Positions 47,243-60,727 of a DNA stretch of 64,000 bases are shown here, piece after piece (position 1 is the first letter of the stretch; each line of letters opens with the position of its first letter). Under the pieces are notes generated by a model. It saw nothing but the letters and a program-made list of their open reading frames with translations. It was not told the DNA's origin and made no database searches. The DNA comes from Saccostrea echinata (taxonomy: Eukaryota): the NCBI RefSeq assembly GCF_033153115.1, contig NW_026889765.1, forward strand, positions 14,942,001 to 15,006,000, written 5' to 3'. Made by a program: the position numbers and the translations under genes.

Positions 47243-50200
47243 ATGACGTCCAATGGTACACAAAATGTCGGTTATGAGGTGGAGGAACTAGGATATTATA
47301 TTTACTACTATGGAATTATGGGAGTTTTAATGTGTGTGAATATTCCAGGAAACATTCTTGTCATTACGACAATATTTCGTCATCAAGAATTGCACATTTA
47401 CAGTAACTATTTGCTGGTAAATCAAGCGGTTGCAGACCTATTTTATGGGTTACTATATCCGATATACAACTTCGCACAATTCACAATAGTTCCATCTATA
47501 GTGGAGGAATTTGGTGGGTAATATAGACCAGTCACAGGTGTTCCATTTTCTTTTTCCTTCCGTATTAATTTTGTCACCAATTATTTGTGTGACACCCAAT
47601 ATAGAGATACTGAGTAAGTTTGGGGGAGCAGCATTTTGATCACTATCCTAAAGACCTTTGATAAATTTTAATTATTATCAACGAACTATGAAGTTAGCAC
47701 ATTTGTTAAACCCATGTGCATTAAAGTTTAAATAAAACAAAATGCTCTCCTATGGCAGTTTAAGGCTAAGGTTAAAGTTTTTTTTTCAATTGAGGTCAAA
47801 AACCAAGGTCAAGAGTTAAAAAATATTAATACAAAAAAGGTCTTGTCACGAGAAATACACATGTGAGACATAATATCCCTAATACCAACCATTCAGAAAA
47901 TATAGCCAAGGTTTAAGTTTTTCTGAAAGTAGGTCATACTAGTAGGTCAATATCACAAGGTTAAAAAATAATGGTACAAAAGGAAAGGTCTTGTCACAAG
48001 AAATGCATGAGTGAGATATGAAAGCCCTAGCAGCAACCGTTCAAACGTTATAGGCAAGGTTAATTTTTTTTCTTCAAATGTAGGTTAAACACAAAGGTCA
48101 AGGTCAGGAGGCCAAAGAAAGACCTTGCCATAAAAATATACATATGATATATATAAAAGTTCTAGCACCCACAGTTCAAAAGTTATGGCCAAGGACCAAG
48201 GTCCAAGTTTTTTCAAAAGTATGTCAAACTCAAAGATCAAAGTTGAAAGGTCAAAAATGTTGTTACCAAAAGAAAGGTCTGGGCACATGAAATGCACATG
48301 TGAAATATAAAACCCTTCCTCAGACCGTTCAAAAGTTATGGCAAATGTAAAAGTTTGGTATATTTCTGCAAAAGTAGGAAGTCCTAGCACCTACCATTTA
48401 AAAGATCTAGATTGATTAATTGATTGATTGTATGTTGTTTAACGTCCCTCTCGAGAATTTTTCACTCATATGGAGACGCCACCACTTGCGGTGGAGAGCT
48501 GCAAATTTTGTCCTATACTATGCACTTACGGCCATTGAGCAGTGAGGGATTTTTTTCGTGCCAGCACCTACTGCGACACGGGACCTCGGTTTATACGGTC
48601 TCATCCGAGGGACCGGTCTCCGCGTCCCACAATGGGATTCGAACCCGCGACGTAAAGATCAGCTCCTTACTTTGCGACTCTAAAGCAGACGCTCTAACCA
48701 CTGCGCCACGCGGGCGACTAGAAGATCTAGATATGGGCAAGATTAAAGTTTTTGCACCCAAACAAACAGATCAACAAACAAACGGACGGACACACCAAAA
48801 ATTTCATTTTATTCATAATATTCATTATATAAATAATTAGTGTAACAAATGTATTCTTTATTCTTTTAGCAAACTACTGGGGTTGTACTATTTTTATATC
48901 GCACGTCATAACAGTCGTAATAGCTTCACCTTTGAACTTGATGTTGGTTACTACTGACCGTTACATTGCTATTGTGTTCCCGTACCACTACAATACATAC
49001 GTGACGTCAAAGTCAACAGCCATTGTTATAGCCTCACTTTGGATTTTTAGTGAACTATTTTCAATCTGCATCCACGTGATATACTCACCAAGTATGCTTG
49101 TTTAATTTTTCACTATGGATTTAATTCAAGTGATGTTTGTCTTGAAATCGTCGGAGATTTTCTCAAACGTAAAATTGGTTTTGAAGTTTAATTGTTATTA
49201 TGTGCATAAAGAAAAACTAAAGTTAAATTTTATTTGATTTTCCCAAGTATTTACTCATTTTGTTTCTATTCCTGGTTGAAGCTATCTGATGTTTCTATCT
49301 CAGTGGCGATTTCATTAATTCTCATTATTTCTCGAAACTCTTAAAATTTACAATTAATCTCTTCTTCTTTTTAAATATTAAAATAGATGAGGAATTTACA
49401 ATATGTCGATATGAGGACATGTATACATTAGTGCAGACTATATTGATGAACCTAGTGAGTGGGTTAATTCCCTTTGTAGTGATGACAATCTTCTACATAA
49501 AAATTGTCCAAATCGTCAGATCCCAGGTAAAGAACTTAAAAAAAATCAACAAGTTCACATCTTCAGGTCTTGAATACTAGATTATAAAAAAGAATAACTT
49601 CAAAATCCCCACTGATAATAATTCAAAATCCAAATCAAAATTTAGATGGTTTACTTAAGTAATAAATCATTTCTATAACTTCCACCTTGGATTGTTAAAG
49701 TAACTCCATATGCCTCTCACTTTTACCTTATACATGTATTGTTTTATCTTGTTTCTTAAAAGTAGATATTCAAGCTTTTGTTTCATTCTGTAGACCAGAC
49801 GTATCCACGATCAACAAAACGCAGTGGAGAGCACCAATACCAATGGGAATAAACAGAAGGCAAAAAAGACGAAAATCTCTGACAAAAAATCTATAGCACT
49901 AATAAGCTTATTACTAGCCTTCTATCTGTGCGCTTGGACACCAATTCTGGTTTATTTCCTGTATGTGTTCCTGCGTAAAGATCACCCGGGTGCTTACATC
50001 AGGTCAGTAGTCTTTATTCTGAATCCACCTGGGATCGTATATAAAGATGCAAACAAGTATATATGTATATCAAACAATGAAATGTTATTTCTCGGGGATA
50101 TACAATGGTGACTACAAACTAAGCATGTTCGTCTGCGAAGCAGTCTTAATTCAATGGCTACACTTCGAAATATTTGGATTCTGCCAAACACACTTGCTTG

Positions 50201-51628
50201 AATATAGGATAAAAACAAATATTACCATGAGTATTAAAAATTTATGCCTAAAATTTTCTAAATTTTTTCTAAAAGTTATAAGTAACTACAAATTATGCAA
50301 CGGAGTTAAAAAGTATAAATGATTTCAACAAGAAGGTCGAATGTTATTGAAGAATCAAATAAATGTTACCCCGCCTGGTCAGCATTAGGGATGCTGAATA
50401 ATGAAACCTTACTTATTATCACCTGATTGATATTGGTTTACTCTCAGATAACAAACGGTGATCAATCTAAAAAAATCTACAAAAATACAAATCTGTGAAT
50501 AGGACATAAGACACTGACCCTCGGAAATTCATGAGGTGGGATCAGGTGCGAAGAAGGAGTAAGCATCCTTTCCACCTTATGAATTGATCAGGTAGACGGA
50601 ATATTCCGTAGTCAACTTTAGTATAAATTCAAAGGCATAACAATTGGTATAAAATCAGCCAAAATGCGACCCAATTACAATATTTGCTAACAAGGTCATA
50701 AGATTGACAGTATAATTTACGAAATGTGCTGACTTTAAACAAGGTTGTTGTAATCCCTGTAAGATAAAATCATCTGTCAGTAGTCTGCCTCAGTTTAAAA
50801 ATTGATCGTACTCAGAGCATGTTCTTGAGTATCGAATAAATTAAGAGAAGTTAACACCATATGCAGGTGATAGCGAGATGTTACTACATAAATAAGGAAA
50901 ATTGACGATTGAAAAGCTAAAGTCATCTCGTTTGTCATTGATACAATTTAGTTGTCAGTTGGCCCTTTTCGTCTGTATCAGTATAACACCCAAAAATGAA
51001 ACAGATGTGGCAGGCTCTGTGGTTATTTTGAGTTCACTGAGATGTATCGAGTCAACATATGAATGGAAGTAACTATTAATATTGTTAATTGAGGAAACGT
51101 CGTCCATTTATCTAAATTTTGAGTTGATGGCCAAAGCAAGCGTTTTCTTCTTAATAACACTAAAAATCTCCTCTCCTAAAAGTGTGTATATCTTGTATAA
51201 AATTTCTCTATGAAAATATGAAGTCCATCAAATTAAAAAAAGAAGAAGAAATATTTTTCAATAGAAACCAATAATTACAGTAAGATTTTGTAAGATTTTC
51301 AAAACAAGTACATATGTAGTCATCATTTTTTTATTTAGATTGTTCAAAATATCAAATTCATAATGTTTATGAAAATACTCTTTACAGTGCCACTTGTCGG
51401 ATCTTTGTTTTCACCAATTCCTGTGTCAACGTATTTGTGTATTCGTTTCGACTCCAGAATTTTAGAAAGTATATGTTGAAAGATTTACGGCTCTTTTGCC
51501 GATGCATCTGCAGTAGCCAGTGTTTACATGGGAGTGTTCGAACAAACAATGGACATGGCATATCTGTAATTGTCAATGAGGCGACTGGAAGCACAACAAA
51601 CGATTATCAGACTAGAAATAGCTACTGA
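47243..51628 (+). CDS. Rhodopsin-like (class A) GPCR, orphan, ~360 aa
   Basis: Exons 47243-47513, 48870-49091, 49387-49526, 49794-50002, 51388-51628 (1083 nt, phases fit). GN in TM1, QAVAD in TM2, DRY in TM3, W in TM4, ECL2 Cys, CAWTP in TM6, NSCVNVFVY in TM7, helix-8 FRK and C-terminal cysteines. Confidence 0.92.
47735..48800 (-). mobile_element. HINE-like satellite-bearing element in GPCR intron 1
   Basis: Repeated AGGTCAA..GGTCTTGTCACAAGAAATACACATGTGA..CCCTA units ending in an ACAGA/ACGGACGGAC microsatellite. Confidence 0.7.
48413..48718 (-). mobile_element. Full-length Deu/Nin-domain tRNA SINE
   Basis: Reverse complement of the 5918 copy; TSD AAGATCTAGAT (48402-48412 / 48722-48732). Confidence 0.92.
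50430..51165 (-). mobile_element. Naiad-type Penelope-like 3' fragment in GPCR intron 4
   Basis: Reverse strand reads DKRDDFSFSIVNFPYLCSNISLSPAYGV and ends with the GGATGCTTACTCCT..CACCTGATCCCACCTC motif. Confidence 0.8.
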
Positions 51629-52298
51629 GCAATGTCTCTTAAATAGATATAATTTACTTTATTTGCAAACTATTATGCATATACAATCTTAGACTTGTTG
51701 AATATTTTTCAAGAAAATATCATAGATACATAATTTAACTAGATAAACAGTATTTTATCACATACATTTTAATATCTTTCTTCCTCAACGTATTGACTTG
51801 CGGAAAAAGAAATGTATTATATGTAGCGAGATGCAAGGTATGTCGTTTTAAGTCAGTAGCTTTATTGTATAATTCAAGTGTATATACTATTTCAGACCAA
51901 TGAATTTATCATGTATATCCTCCTTTATTGCAATGTATATGATACAAGAAAACGACATGGAACTTTTTTTGACCATATAATTTTCTAAGTCAGGAAATGT
52001 AAGAACGCCATAATTATTTTAAACATTATGAACTCGTATTGTTCTCTACGTAATCTTACCTTAAAGTTGCACTATGCTACATTAACCAATCAGTTGGGAG
52101 ATCCTTAGCTTTTTCAAACTCACATTAATTTTCCTGTCCAAAATATTTTGTAATACATTTACAGTCATTTAGATAATGTAAAAGCCTTAGGACAGTTGTG
52201 ATATATAGTTTTATCAGACTTGCTTTATCATTTGAGAAAAGAAATATTCCATGGATAAGATAACTAGTACATAAACACAGCTGTCAGAAGGAACATGC

Positions 52299-55200
52299 AT
52301 GAAAGCAAACAAAATGGTTTCTGTTCTTCTGTTATTCTGTTTTATATCCTGTATGTTCTATAGCGATGGAAATGGTAAGTATTAGTACTTTATGTATGCT
52401 TTAGTTTTCTTACTATCTATTTTCAAAATACAAACTGTATCCAGGAGCAATTGAAAAATTGAAATTGTTTTCATGATGATCACTCACATTGCTATTTCTG
52501 TATTACTTGTATGTGCAATAGTATTAGAAAAGGGGTGCATCAAGGTCTTCCGATTTGCTGTTCCTTTCTAATGGTTCTTTGTTTATAATTTGGTTAAATA
52601 AGAATATTATATAATCAATTGAAGCATTTTATCACTTAACACAGACACAGGTAAAAACTGTTCAGAATATTTCAACCACAAGGAAAAGATCATATCTAAT
52701 CTGTCCTGGAACATGACGACTTCTAACGAAACCTGCAACTACGAGATTATTGCTCCAACTGGACAGCAAGTAGAAATTTTATTTGATGTTAATTTTCGTT
52801 ATCAAATGCGATGCTCACCACCGTCAACAGCAGATTATGGAATATTCATATCATACTCCCACACCGACCAAACAAGGTATTATGACGTCATTTGTGATAG
52901 CAAGTCGGCTTATCTGGTGCGGTCTGTTGGAAGAAGACTTTACCTGAAGTTTGTTTTAAACTACGTTCCATTTATGTATCGTGGAATATATCGTTTTGGT
53001 ACAATATTTACTTACTTTAAGTACTGTACAATGATTTTTTGTATAGTATAATTGTATTATATTATTTGAAAATAAATTTAGCTTTAAATAAATACAGTAA
53101 AGAATAAACTGATATATTAATGATAATATGCACATGTGCACATGATAATATGAAATAATGATTCATATAAAATTACATACACTTCATGATACAATCATAC
53201 TTATAACACTGCATATTAAAGTCAATTTTATTGATTGTCCTTTTTCTGTTGATACATTCATCATGCAGAATTTGCATTTTGAATCATGCATACTTTTTCA
53301 TTTATCAATCAAATCACCCCATCTTTACAGTTCAGTCAACAAACTGTATACTGTTCGAATGTCTGAATGGAGGAACATGCATTGTAACTAATGGTCAGCG
53401 GTTCTGTATCTGTCCTCCAGGTCTCTCCGGATTTACATGTTCTGAGTGTGCGAATTTCAAATGTTACAATGGCGGTTCTTGTATCATGTCCAAAAATAAC
53501 AAACCACATTGTGTATGCGGAATTAATTTTGAAGGAAGATTTTGTGAGAGGAACAGAAATCCCTGTCTCTCTAATCCATGTCTCTTTGGACGTTGTGAAA
53601 TAATTACTTCAAGTGATACACTGATTTCATCGAAAACAGACAGGAGTAAATATAGAAGAATTACAGCCAATAATAACCTAACTTCCAAACAGATTTTCCA
53701 TGATCAGTTAAGTGAAATTTTGCGAGGAGAGAATCATAACAGTTTTCGGTGTACATGTTACCCAGGCTACAGTGGTGTTCGATGTGATCAAGATACAAAG
53801 CAATGTGAGTCATATACATGTCTTCCCGGTAAAGACAGTAGTCAAGGAGTGGGTAACCCCAAGTGTTACTGTGATGAATGTGTTTTTGGGCTGTGTGTTA
53901 TGGTAAATGACAGCATGCACTGTCGTTGTTTTCCCGGATTTACAGGAGACAACTGTTCACAAAATGTTGATGAGTGCGAGAAAAGTCCCTGTGTCTACGG
54001 AGATTGTGTGGATTTCGTGAATGGATTTGTTTGTTCTTGCAATGAAAATTACACAGGTAAAACGTGCAATGTCTCTGTGAGAGACAAAACTGAACATTGG
54101 AACTCAACTGACGTCTGCACCATACACACTTGTGAAAATGGAGTTTGCATGAAACAAAAGCTGGAAGTAACATGTCATTGTTACAGGGGATTTACAGGTA
54201 AAAGATGTGAAATTCCAGTAACTTTCTTGGTACCTACAAATAACGCATTTTCCTCACGAAAACACAGGTGTTTCGAAAAAAGAGATGTCATTGAAATTTG
54301 CAACTGTATTTCTAAAGTCTGTATGAGTAACAAAACAGCATTTCAGAATACGACATTCTGTAACACTCTAAAATTATTGTCCTTACTGAACGAATTCTGC
54401 TCAGAAGGAAATTTTTCATCTGTATGTGTGTCTTATTTTGAAATGAGTATTGTATTACTCTTGCGTTTTCTATGTGTTCGTAAACAAAAGGACATCCCAA
54501 AAATACCAGACAGAAACAATACAACAAAACTGTTTCCATTTCAAGAGAAGGAATTTCTACACTCCTCCTATTTACTTAGATGTAAATTATCGAACAATCC
54601 AGATATGATTGATGTGTTGTTGCTTCAAGAAGTCACGTCATTTGAGTTCGTCCGTCCAGTTTATGTCTACTCGGAATGTTATATAAATAGTACTGACCAT
54701 TTTGAAGTTCCAAATTGTTTGATCAAAACAATATCATTTCATTTCAATATGACATGGATTTCTAGTTATTTCAAATCTGTATATATTGTAATGACTTTGA
54801 TAGAAAAGTTGAGGTCAGAAAGGCTAGGAACGGGAACTCCAGATACACAAGGAGGTTTTTATAATCATCAAACTCTTCATATGTCATTAGAGATTTTGTT
54901 TTTGTCGTTTGACAATGAAACTCAGTTTTTGAAGACGCACACGTCGGGAAATGTCACGTACATGTGTGAGCAAAAATGTAATGAAAGCTTCTGCTGCAAA
55001 TGGAACAAGATGTCTCCTGAAATTGAATTGAGAACAAAAAGTCATAACAGTGGAAACATTAGCAACGTCTGCACATGTCCATCGAAGGAAAAAGAAAATC
55101 TTTGCCACAACTTAAGGGGTAAAACGAACATGTGTTTTCTTCTTTATATTCATTATCAATTAGATTTCTACCTGCATTGTGCATGATTGAATTTAGAAGT

Positions 55201-55364
55201 TGACAGCATAAAGTAAAAACGAAATGAATTCATACTATTTTTACAGATGATGGTGGGAATCAGAAATCCTACACATTTGTCTACTTGATCATTTCTCTTA
55301 CAATTATTCTGATTATTTTAATACTTGGATCCACCTGCGTCTGCTTCAAACGATCAAGACTAAG
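52299..55364 (+). CDS. Single-pass membrane protein: signal peptide, CUB domain, ~7-8 EGF repeats, Cys-rich region, TM (3' end unresolved)
   Basis: Exons 52299(or 52314)-52374 (signal peptide), 52651(or 52645)-52998 (CUB-like: CNYEIIAPTGQQVEILF..ICDS..VRSVGRRLYLKFV), 53331-55118 (EGFs incl. Ca-binding NVDEC) and 55247-55364 (TM FVYLIISLTIILIILILGSTCVCF, then KRSRL). Phase-1 introns fit. The next exon is either 55620-55638 (stop) or 56052-56204. Confidence 0.85.
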
Positions 55365-56289
55365 GTACTCTTAGATTTCTTTTTAAAGAAAGAAACAATT
55401 GAAAATAGTGTATGAATTTTGTATAAATTGAAATTACATGTAGTTGACAGTATAAATACATCTGTTTGTATTGAGTTGATATTCAAATTGCGTATTTTGA
55501 CAGAATATTAACTCTTAAATTCATAGAGACACTGATATACAGTAGTGTATGTGTGTGTGTGTTTAAAATCCTCCATGTAGGCTTTTAAATGATCATTTTT
55601 TTGTAATTCACGACTTCAGAAATGCCAAGATTGATTAATATCAACTTTAAAAGTAAATTGAAGCAAAGTTAAATAATATGGATATTAGATACTGTTCACT
55701 GCAAATGAGGAAACTGTTCGACAAGGTTAATATTTCAAATTGATTTAGAGAAAATCATTAGACTTTAATGGAAAACATTGTTCAATATCATGATTGTATT
55801 TACATATGGAGCATTATTAATAGGTAAATCATTGATTTTATTAGTTAATAATGTACTCAAACTGCCTCTCATACTAATTCGGATTGATATTAAAATATCA
55901 GACAAAAATATCATATCTCTTACATGAAAATCATTGTCAGTACGTGTCAGTGAATTGACATATTTAAATAATGGAAAGAAACCCCTGCAATGTTAAATCA
56001 AAAGCTCCATGTCGAGTTTTCCAATCCGCTCTTTTTTAAAACTTATTTTAGAGGAAAGGCAGAGTTTCCACAACTGTTATATATTCCTCCGACTCTCGAT
56101 TCTAACGTTCCTTCAAAAACTACAGCAGAAAATTTTCCGGAAGATGTCGAACGGAGTCGACCAAAACTGATGACGTCAAGAGATATCTTCATGGAAAATA
56201 AGAAGTGAGTATTATGAAGTCCTCATTAATTAACAAAAAAGGCGTTAGTCATATTTATTATTCTTAGACAGTAAGAGGGAACAAATATG

Positions 56290-56835
56290 AACAAGATGTG
56301 TTTGTATAACACTGATTCCCCGGTATGACAGCTCATGGCGAAGCTTAACGTGTAACAAACGCAAGTCAAACTCCAAGGTGAAAGTCAGGATACCAAAAAT
56401 GTTGGTACCCAATGAAAAGGCTTGTCACAAGAAAATAACCTGTGAAATATGAAAGCCCTTGCAGCAACCATTCAGAATTTATGGCCAAGGTTAAAGTTTT
56501 TAAAAAAGATAGGTCAAACTTCAAGGTAATGAGGTAAAAATGTTAGTATTTAAGAAAAGATCTTGTCACAAGGAATACACCTGTGAAATATGAAAAATCT
56601 TGCACCAAGCGTTAAAAAGTTATGTCAAAGGTTATTTTTTTCAGAAGTAGCTCAAATTTAGAGGTCAAGAGGTCAAATTGTTCCTACCCAAGAAAAATTC
56701 TTGTCACATGAAATACACCTGTGAAAAATAAATACCCTTTCACCAACCATTCAAAAGTTTTGGCCAAAGTTAAAGTTTTCAAAAGTAGGTCAAACTCCAT
56801 GGTCAAGGTCAAAAGGTCTAAATATTTGTACCCAA
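56290..56835 (-). mobile_element. HINE-like satellite-bearing fragment
   Basis: AACAAGATGTGTTTG terminus and the same CTTGTCACAAGGAATACACCTGTGAAATATGAA units as at 47735-48800. Confidence 0.7.
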
Positions 56836-57748
56836 ATGAGCAGAATGAAACTTTATGAAATGCAAAGCAAAAATCAGTCAAATTTACACAGAGGAGATAA
56901 GAAGCATACAAAACCATTGACTCGTGAACAGTACCAACTGATACAGTACTTAACATTGAAAATGTCTGTTAATCTAATTAAATGTATTCTAGAAAGTTTT
57001 TCAAACACAGCAAATAATATGCTTCCCCGTGCATGTACTTTCAGGCTTTTTCGTGTTAATGGGGCAGAGACAGGTAAAAGCGAAGCGTGACCAAGTCTTG
57101 TCACTGCATTTTGAACATTCAAAGAAAAATTGGGATGTTTAAGCTTCGAAATACAGTGCAACGTAGACGGATGGATACTGGAATTGATTTGGATTAAATG
57201 TTGTAACTATCATTGCAGCGAAGGATTAAAATTTAATGTTAGATTTCTGGTCTGTTCAGTCTTACGCTCAAATTAACTCAAATACTTCTCAGATTCACCT
57301 TTTGAGTTGCTTTGGCTGTGTTTCACCCGTCATCTATAAACTTACAATATTTTCTTTTGTCGAAGTTGAAACTTGGACAATAACGATGCTGTTTACTTTT
57401 GTTTAGAAATTTAAAATTATTCGTCACGAGCAGGTTTAATAACATATTTTGAAATTTCATATTATTAACTACGAAACAAATTAAAGTATAAATTTAGCGA
57501 AATAGACTTTCCGGTGAAATGGAAACTCATTTTTACTACATGCACTTCTTAAGGTAAAAAATAAGAAAGCAACAAAGATTTTATTTTTTTCATTTTTCCT
57601 GATTTCTCCTGAGCGACATAAATCCAAAAAACTTAACGCTTGATTACTGACATTTATAAACATATTTTTAAAATGTAAACTTGCTACATTTTATGAATTC
57701 CTTTTATTTGCTTAAAACTGGCCACTACTACATAATTTCTTTGGAATG

Positions 57749-57782
<34 letters not shown>
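57749..57782. repeat. (CT)n microsatellite
   Basis: Imperfect CT run. Confidence 0.9.
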
Positions 57783-58359
57783 TGGCTTTCATATGAAAGG
57801 AAGTGAATTTTAACTATGTAACCTTCGAACTAATGGTTATTTGCCATTTTAACCGAATTGGAAAATAAATCAATGGATTCTTTATATCTAAGTGAATAAA
57901 CAGTTCAGAATCTATATACACTATATACGCACTACCTTCTGTGTCTTGATTCGAGATTAAAGTTTTATTTCAATATTTTGTTTTGCTATATTTAGTATCC
58001 CTAAGGTTAAATTAGAACACGGCTTTGGTCTATTTAATCAATTCATTTCTGTTTAAATATATATACAGTATGCAGTGTTATAGGCTGTTAATAGATACCC
58101 AACCCCACAAAGAAAAAAAGGCAGAAAGCTCAATTTTTACTGCTGTTTAATGAAATTAAATGCAACTACTCTTGGGTCTTAATATGATAACTTGCATTGA
58201 TTGAAGGTGTAAAAACTGGAAATATGTAGTACAGGGATACTCCTTTTTGTACATGTATCTAAGTTACAAAACCAAATACTGTATGTGCCCGAGGTTCTGC
58301 CACCTATCCTTTTCCCCGGCCGATTTATTTAACACCCCCCAGCTCATTCATTTTTTTGT

Positions 58360-58362
<3 letters not shown>

Positions 58363-58427
<65 letters not shown>
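58363..58427. repeat. (TA)n microsatellite
   Basis: About 32 TA units. Confidence 0.97.
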
Positions 58428-58431
<4 letters not shown>

Positions 58432-60727
58432 CAAAAAACGCCGGTAATCAATATGAAAATAAAATATATATATAAGGTTTCTTATCCTTGGCACATTATT
58501 TTACTAATTAAGGTCTGACGACATGCTCATCGGATATCTGTTTTGTATCTCTTCATAATAAATAGAAAAAATATTCATAGTTATCATTACATGTATCTTG
58601 TAATTTTTAAACTGTTTTCGAATTGTCTTAAAAATACATACACCAAAGATTGTAATTTTGACAATTCTACAGATTTCCAGTTATATAGAAAACACACACC
58701 ATCATTTGGTATCCTGCACAAATGCCTTGTAATGAACCTCAATTTTTGTGAAGAAACTTGTGAAAAAAGCAGTACATCAATCGCAAATTCTTCGGAAAAA
58801 TTATATATTTTTGAGGAACGTATCATATGACCTTAATTAATATCGACTGGGCCCTGTTGGTTTGAAAGTTGGTTTTAAAGTTATTAAAATATTTCAGTGT
58901 CTTTAAATAAAAATCAAATTAAGGAAAATAAATATACACACTTATTTTGAGGTATTTTACTTGTGTATTATGCCTAAAAATTACCAGTATGCGTATTGTC
59001 GTTTACAATGTCGTTTCAATGTAATCCCGAAGAACAATAAAATTCGATATATTAAAAAAAATCACCTCAAATAGGGAAATAAAAAAAATGATTTTAAAAG
59101 TTCGTCACTTGCTATTCAGAGATGTTAAAAATCAACAAGCATTTTGGTCTAAAAGTACATGTACAGTTGTGTACGTTTGTCTTTTCTTTATGTTTCTCAA
59201 AGTTTTCTTTACATGTGCCTTAACAAGCATAGGGAATTTTGAGGGAAAGTATATCAATGTGATTTAATTACAATTTATCTGACAAATAGAATTGTTCAAT
59301 GAACTTGTGATTCTGAAATGTAAAACTTTTCAAATATTTACAAATTTCTAGAGTTCGAAACATTTCCAAACGCAGAATTACTTATATAAAAACCTCTGTT
59401 TGTTTAACAGTTAAACCTCTACTTCCACTACATTTAAACTCATGTACTTATGTATATTAAAAGTTGATCTACAAATATTGTAATGACCTGTCGGTCAACT
59501 TTGGTCAATAAGCATAAATGTATGTCAGAAACTTAAAAGTTTGCAGTACTGAGGTACATGTGCATGTCTTCTTTTTTTTTTAAATTTTATAAATACCTCT
59601 TTCACCTACAGCAAAAATTACTCTAAATTACAGCTTCAAAAGTAAAGCATGACATACTGTTATTTTCTGTCAAGCAATTTTAAAATGAAACACATTGTCC
59701 ATATGTATAGTGCAGATTAATGATAAAATTATTTAATTTATGCATATACACTATTATTATTTTATTATTACATGGATTGTAACTAATGGTCAGCGGTTCT
59801 GTATCTGTCCTCCAGGTCTTTCTAGATTTACATGTTCTGAGAATTTCAAATGTTACAATGGCGGCTCATGTATCGTGTCAAAAAACAAAAACAAAAACAC
59901 ACATTGTGTAAGCAGCATTAATTTTGAAGGAAGATTTTGTGAGAAAAACACAATTCTCTTTCTCTCTGATCTATGTCTCTTTGGACGTTGTGAAATAATT
60001 ACTTCAAGTGATACACTGATTTCTTTTAAAACAGACAAGGAGAAAATATAGAAGAATTACAGTCAATAATAACTTAAATTCCAAACAGATTTTCCATGAT
60101 CAGTTACAGTGGTGTTCAATATGATCAAGATACAAACCAATGTACATCACATTGATGTCTTTCCGGTAAGGAGTGTAATCAAGGAGTGGGTAACCTCTGG
60201 TGTTACTGTAATGAATGTGTGTTTGGGCTGTGTGCCCTGGGAAATGATAGCATGCACTGTCGTTGTTTTCCCGGACTTACAGGAGTAACGAATGTGAGAA
60301 AAAAGATGTAAAATTTCAGTACCATTCTTGGTACCTACAGACAACACATTTCCCGTCACGACAACACAGGTGTTTCGAAAAGAAATATATCGTTGACATT
60401 TACCACTGTATTTCCAAAGTCTGTATGAGTAACAAAACAACATTTGAGGACACGACAGTCTGTAACATTCTAAAATTACTGTCTATACTGAACGAATTCT
60501 GCTCAGAAGGAAAATTTTCATCTGTATGTGTATCTTCTTTTGACATGAGTATTGTATCGCTCTTGCGTTTTCTTTGTGTTTGTAAACAAAAGGACATTCC
60601 AAAAATACCAGACAACGAAACTTTTCCCATTTCCAGAGAAGAAATTTCAACACTCCTCTTATTTACCTACATGTAAATGCAGAAATGATGGATGTTGTAT
60701 TACTTCAAGAGACCAAATCATTTGATG

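Noticed and set aside
55119-55186. End of the 651-aa ORF as the true C-terminus (and its TTG start at 53231 as the true start)
   Set aside because: The ORF runs into introns on both sides; splice sites at 53331 and 55118 link it to the CUB and TM exons.
58247-58447. YIYIYI ORF
   Set aside because: Translation of the (TA)n microsatellite.
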